From Octopus vulgaris (lineage: Eukaryota), in NCBI GenBank assembly GCA_951406725.2, contig OX597826.1, positions 42,904,001 to 42,968,000 on the forward strand: a DNA stretch of 64,000 bases, in the 5' to 3' direction. A program made the position numbers and the translations under genes. Positions 63,735-64,000 of this stretch are shown in pieces. The number at the start of each line of letters is the position of its first letter. The first letter of the stretch is position 1. Below the pieces are notes generated by a model, which worked only from the letters and a program-made list of their open reading frames with translations, was not told where the DNA came from and did no database searches.

Positions 63735-64000
63735 TCTGTGATATAAACTTGGTTTTAAATTGATTTAAACTAAAACCTCGTATAAAAATTTCATGCTAAT
63801 TTATGTCACCAAAATCAGCTTTATAACGACAGAGTTATTTGACCAAATTCTTCATTATTTAAAAAAAATTGATTGAGACAAAAGCAGTGTATTTTATCAG
63901 AAATGTGGTAACAAAAGAGTGACTGGCCTAAATTAAAACTTCCCACAAACATTTTATGCTAATTTGTTTCAAATACCAGAATGATAGTGACAAAGTTATT

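Overview
This is AT-rich, repeat-dense animal genomic DNA. The SINE families and microsatellite content suggest an octopus or other coleoid cephalopod, recognised from memory rather than by a search. The window lies inside one large minus-strand gene: three exons (35614-35809, 20061-20404, 11974-12175) have canonical splice sites, splice in frame and encode tandem cadherin repeats resembling Fat/FAT4. The rest is intronic. It contains tRNA-derived SINEs, 3' fragments of RTE, CR1/L2 and R4/Dong-like LINEs, TTAA piggyBac-like MITEs, a pogo-like MITE, a Helitron-like element and many microsatellites. Almost all ORFs in the supplied track are repeat artefacts. The most notable signals are two palindromic mini-elements in (TA)n tracts carrying minimal hammerhead-ribozyme cores (Penelope pseudo-LTR-like), a ~510 bp near-perfect palindrome, a SINE that multimerises at a fixed internal GGTATT site, (TAA)n-targeted elements, and short local duplications 2.6-2.9 kb apart. 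Repeat boundaries are approximate; exon and hairpin coordinates were read base by base.
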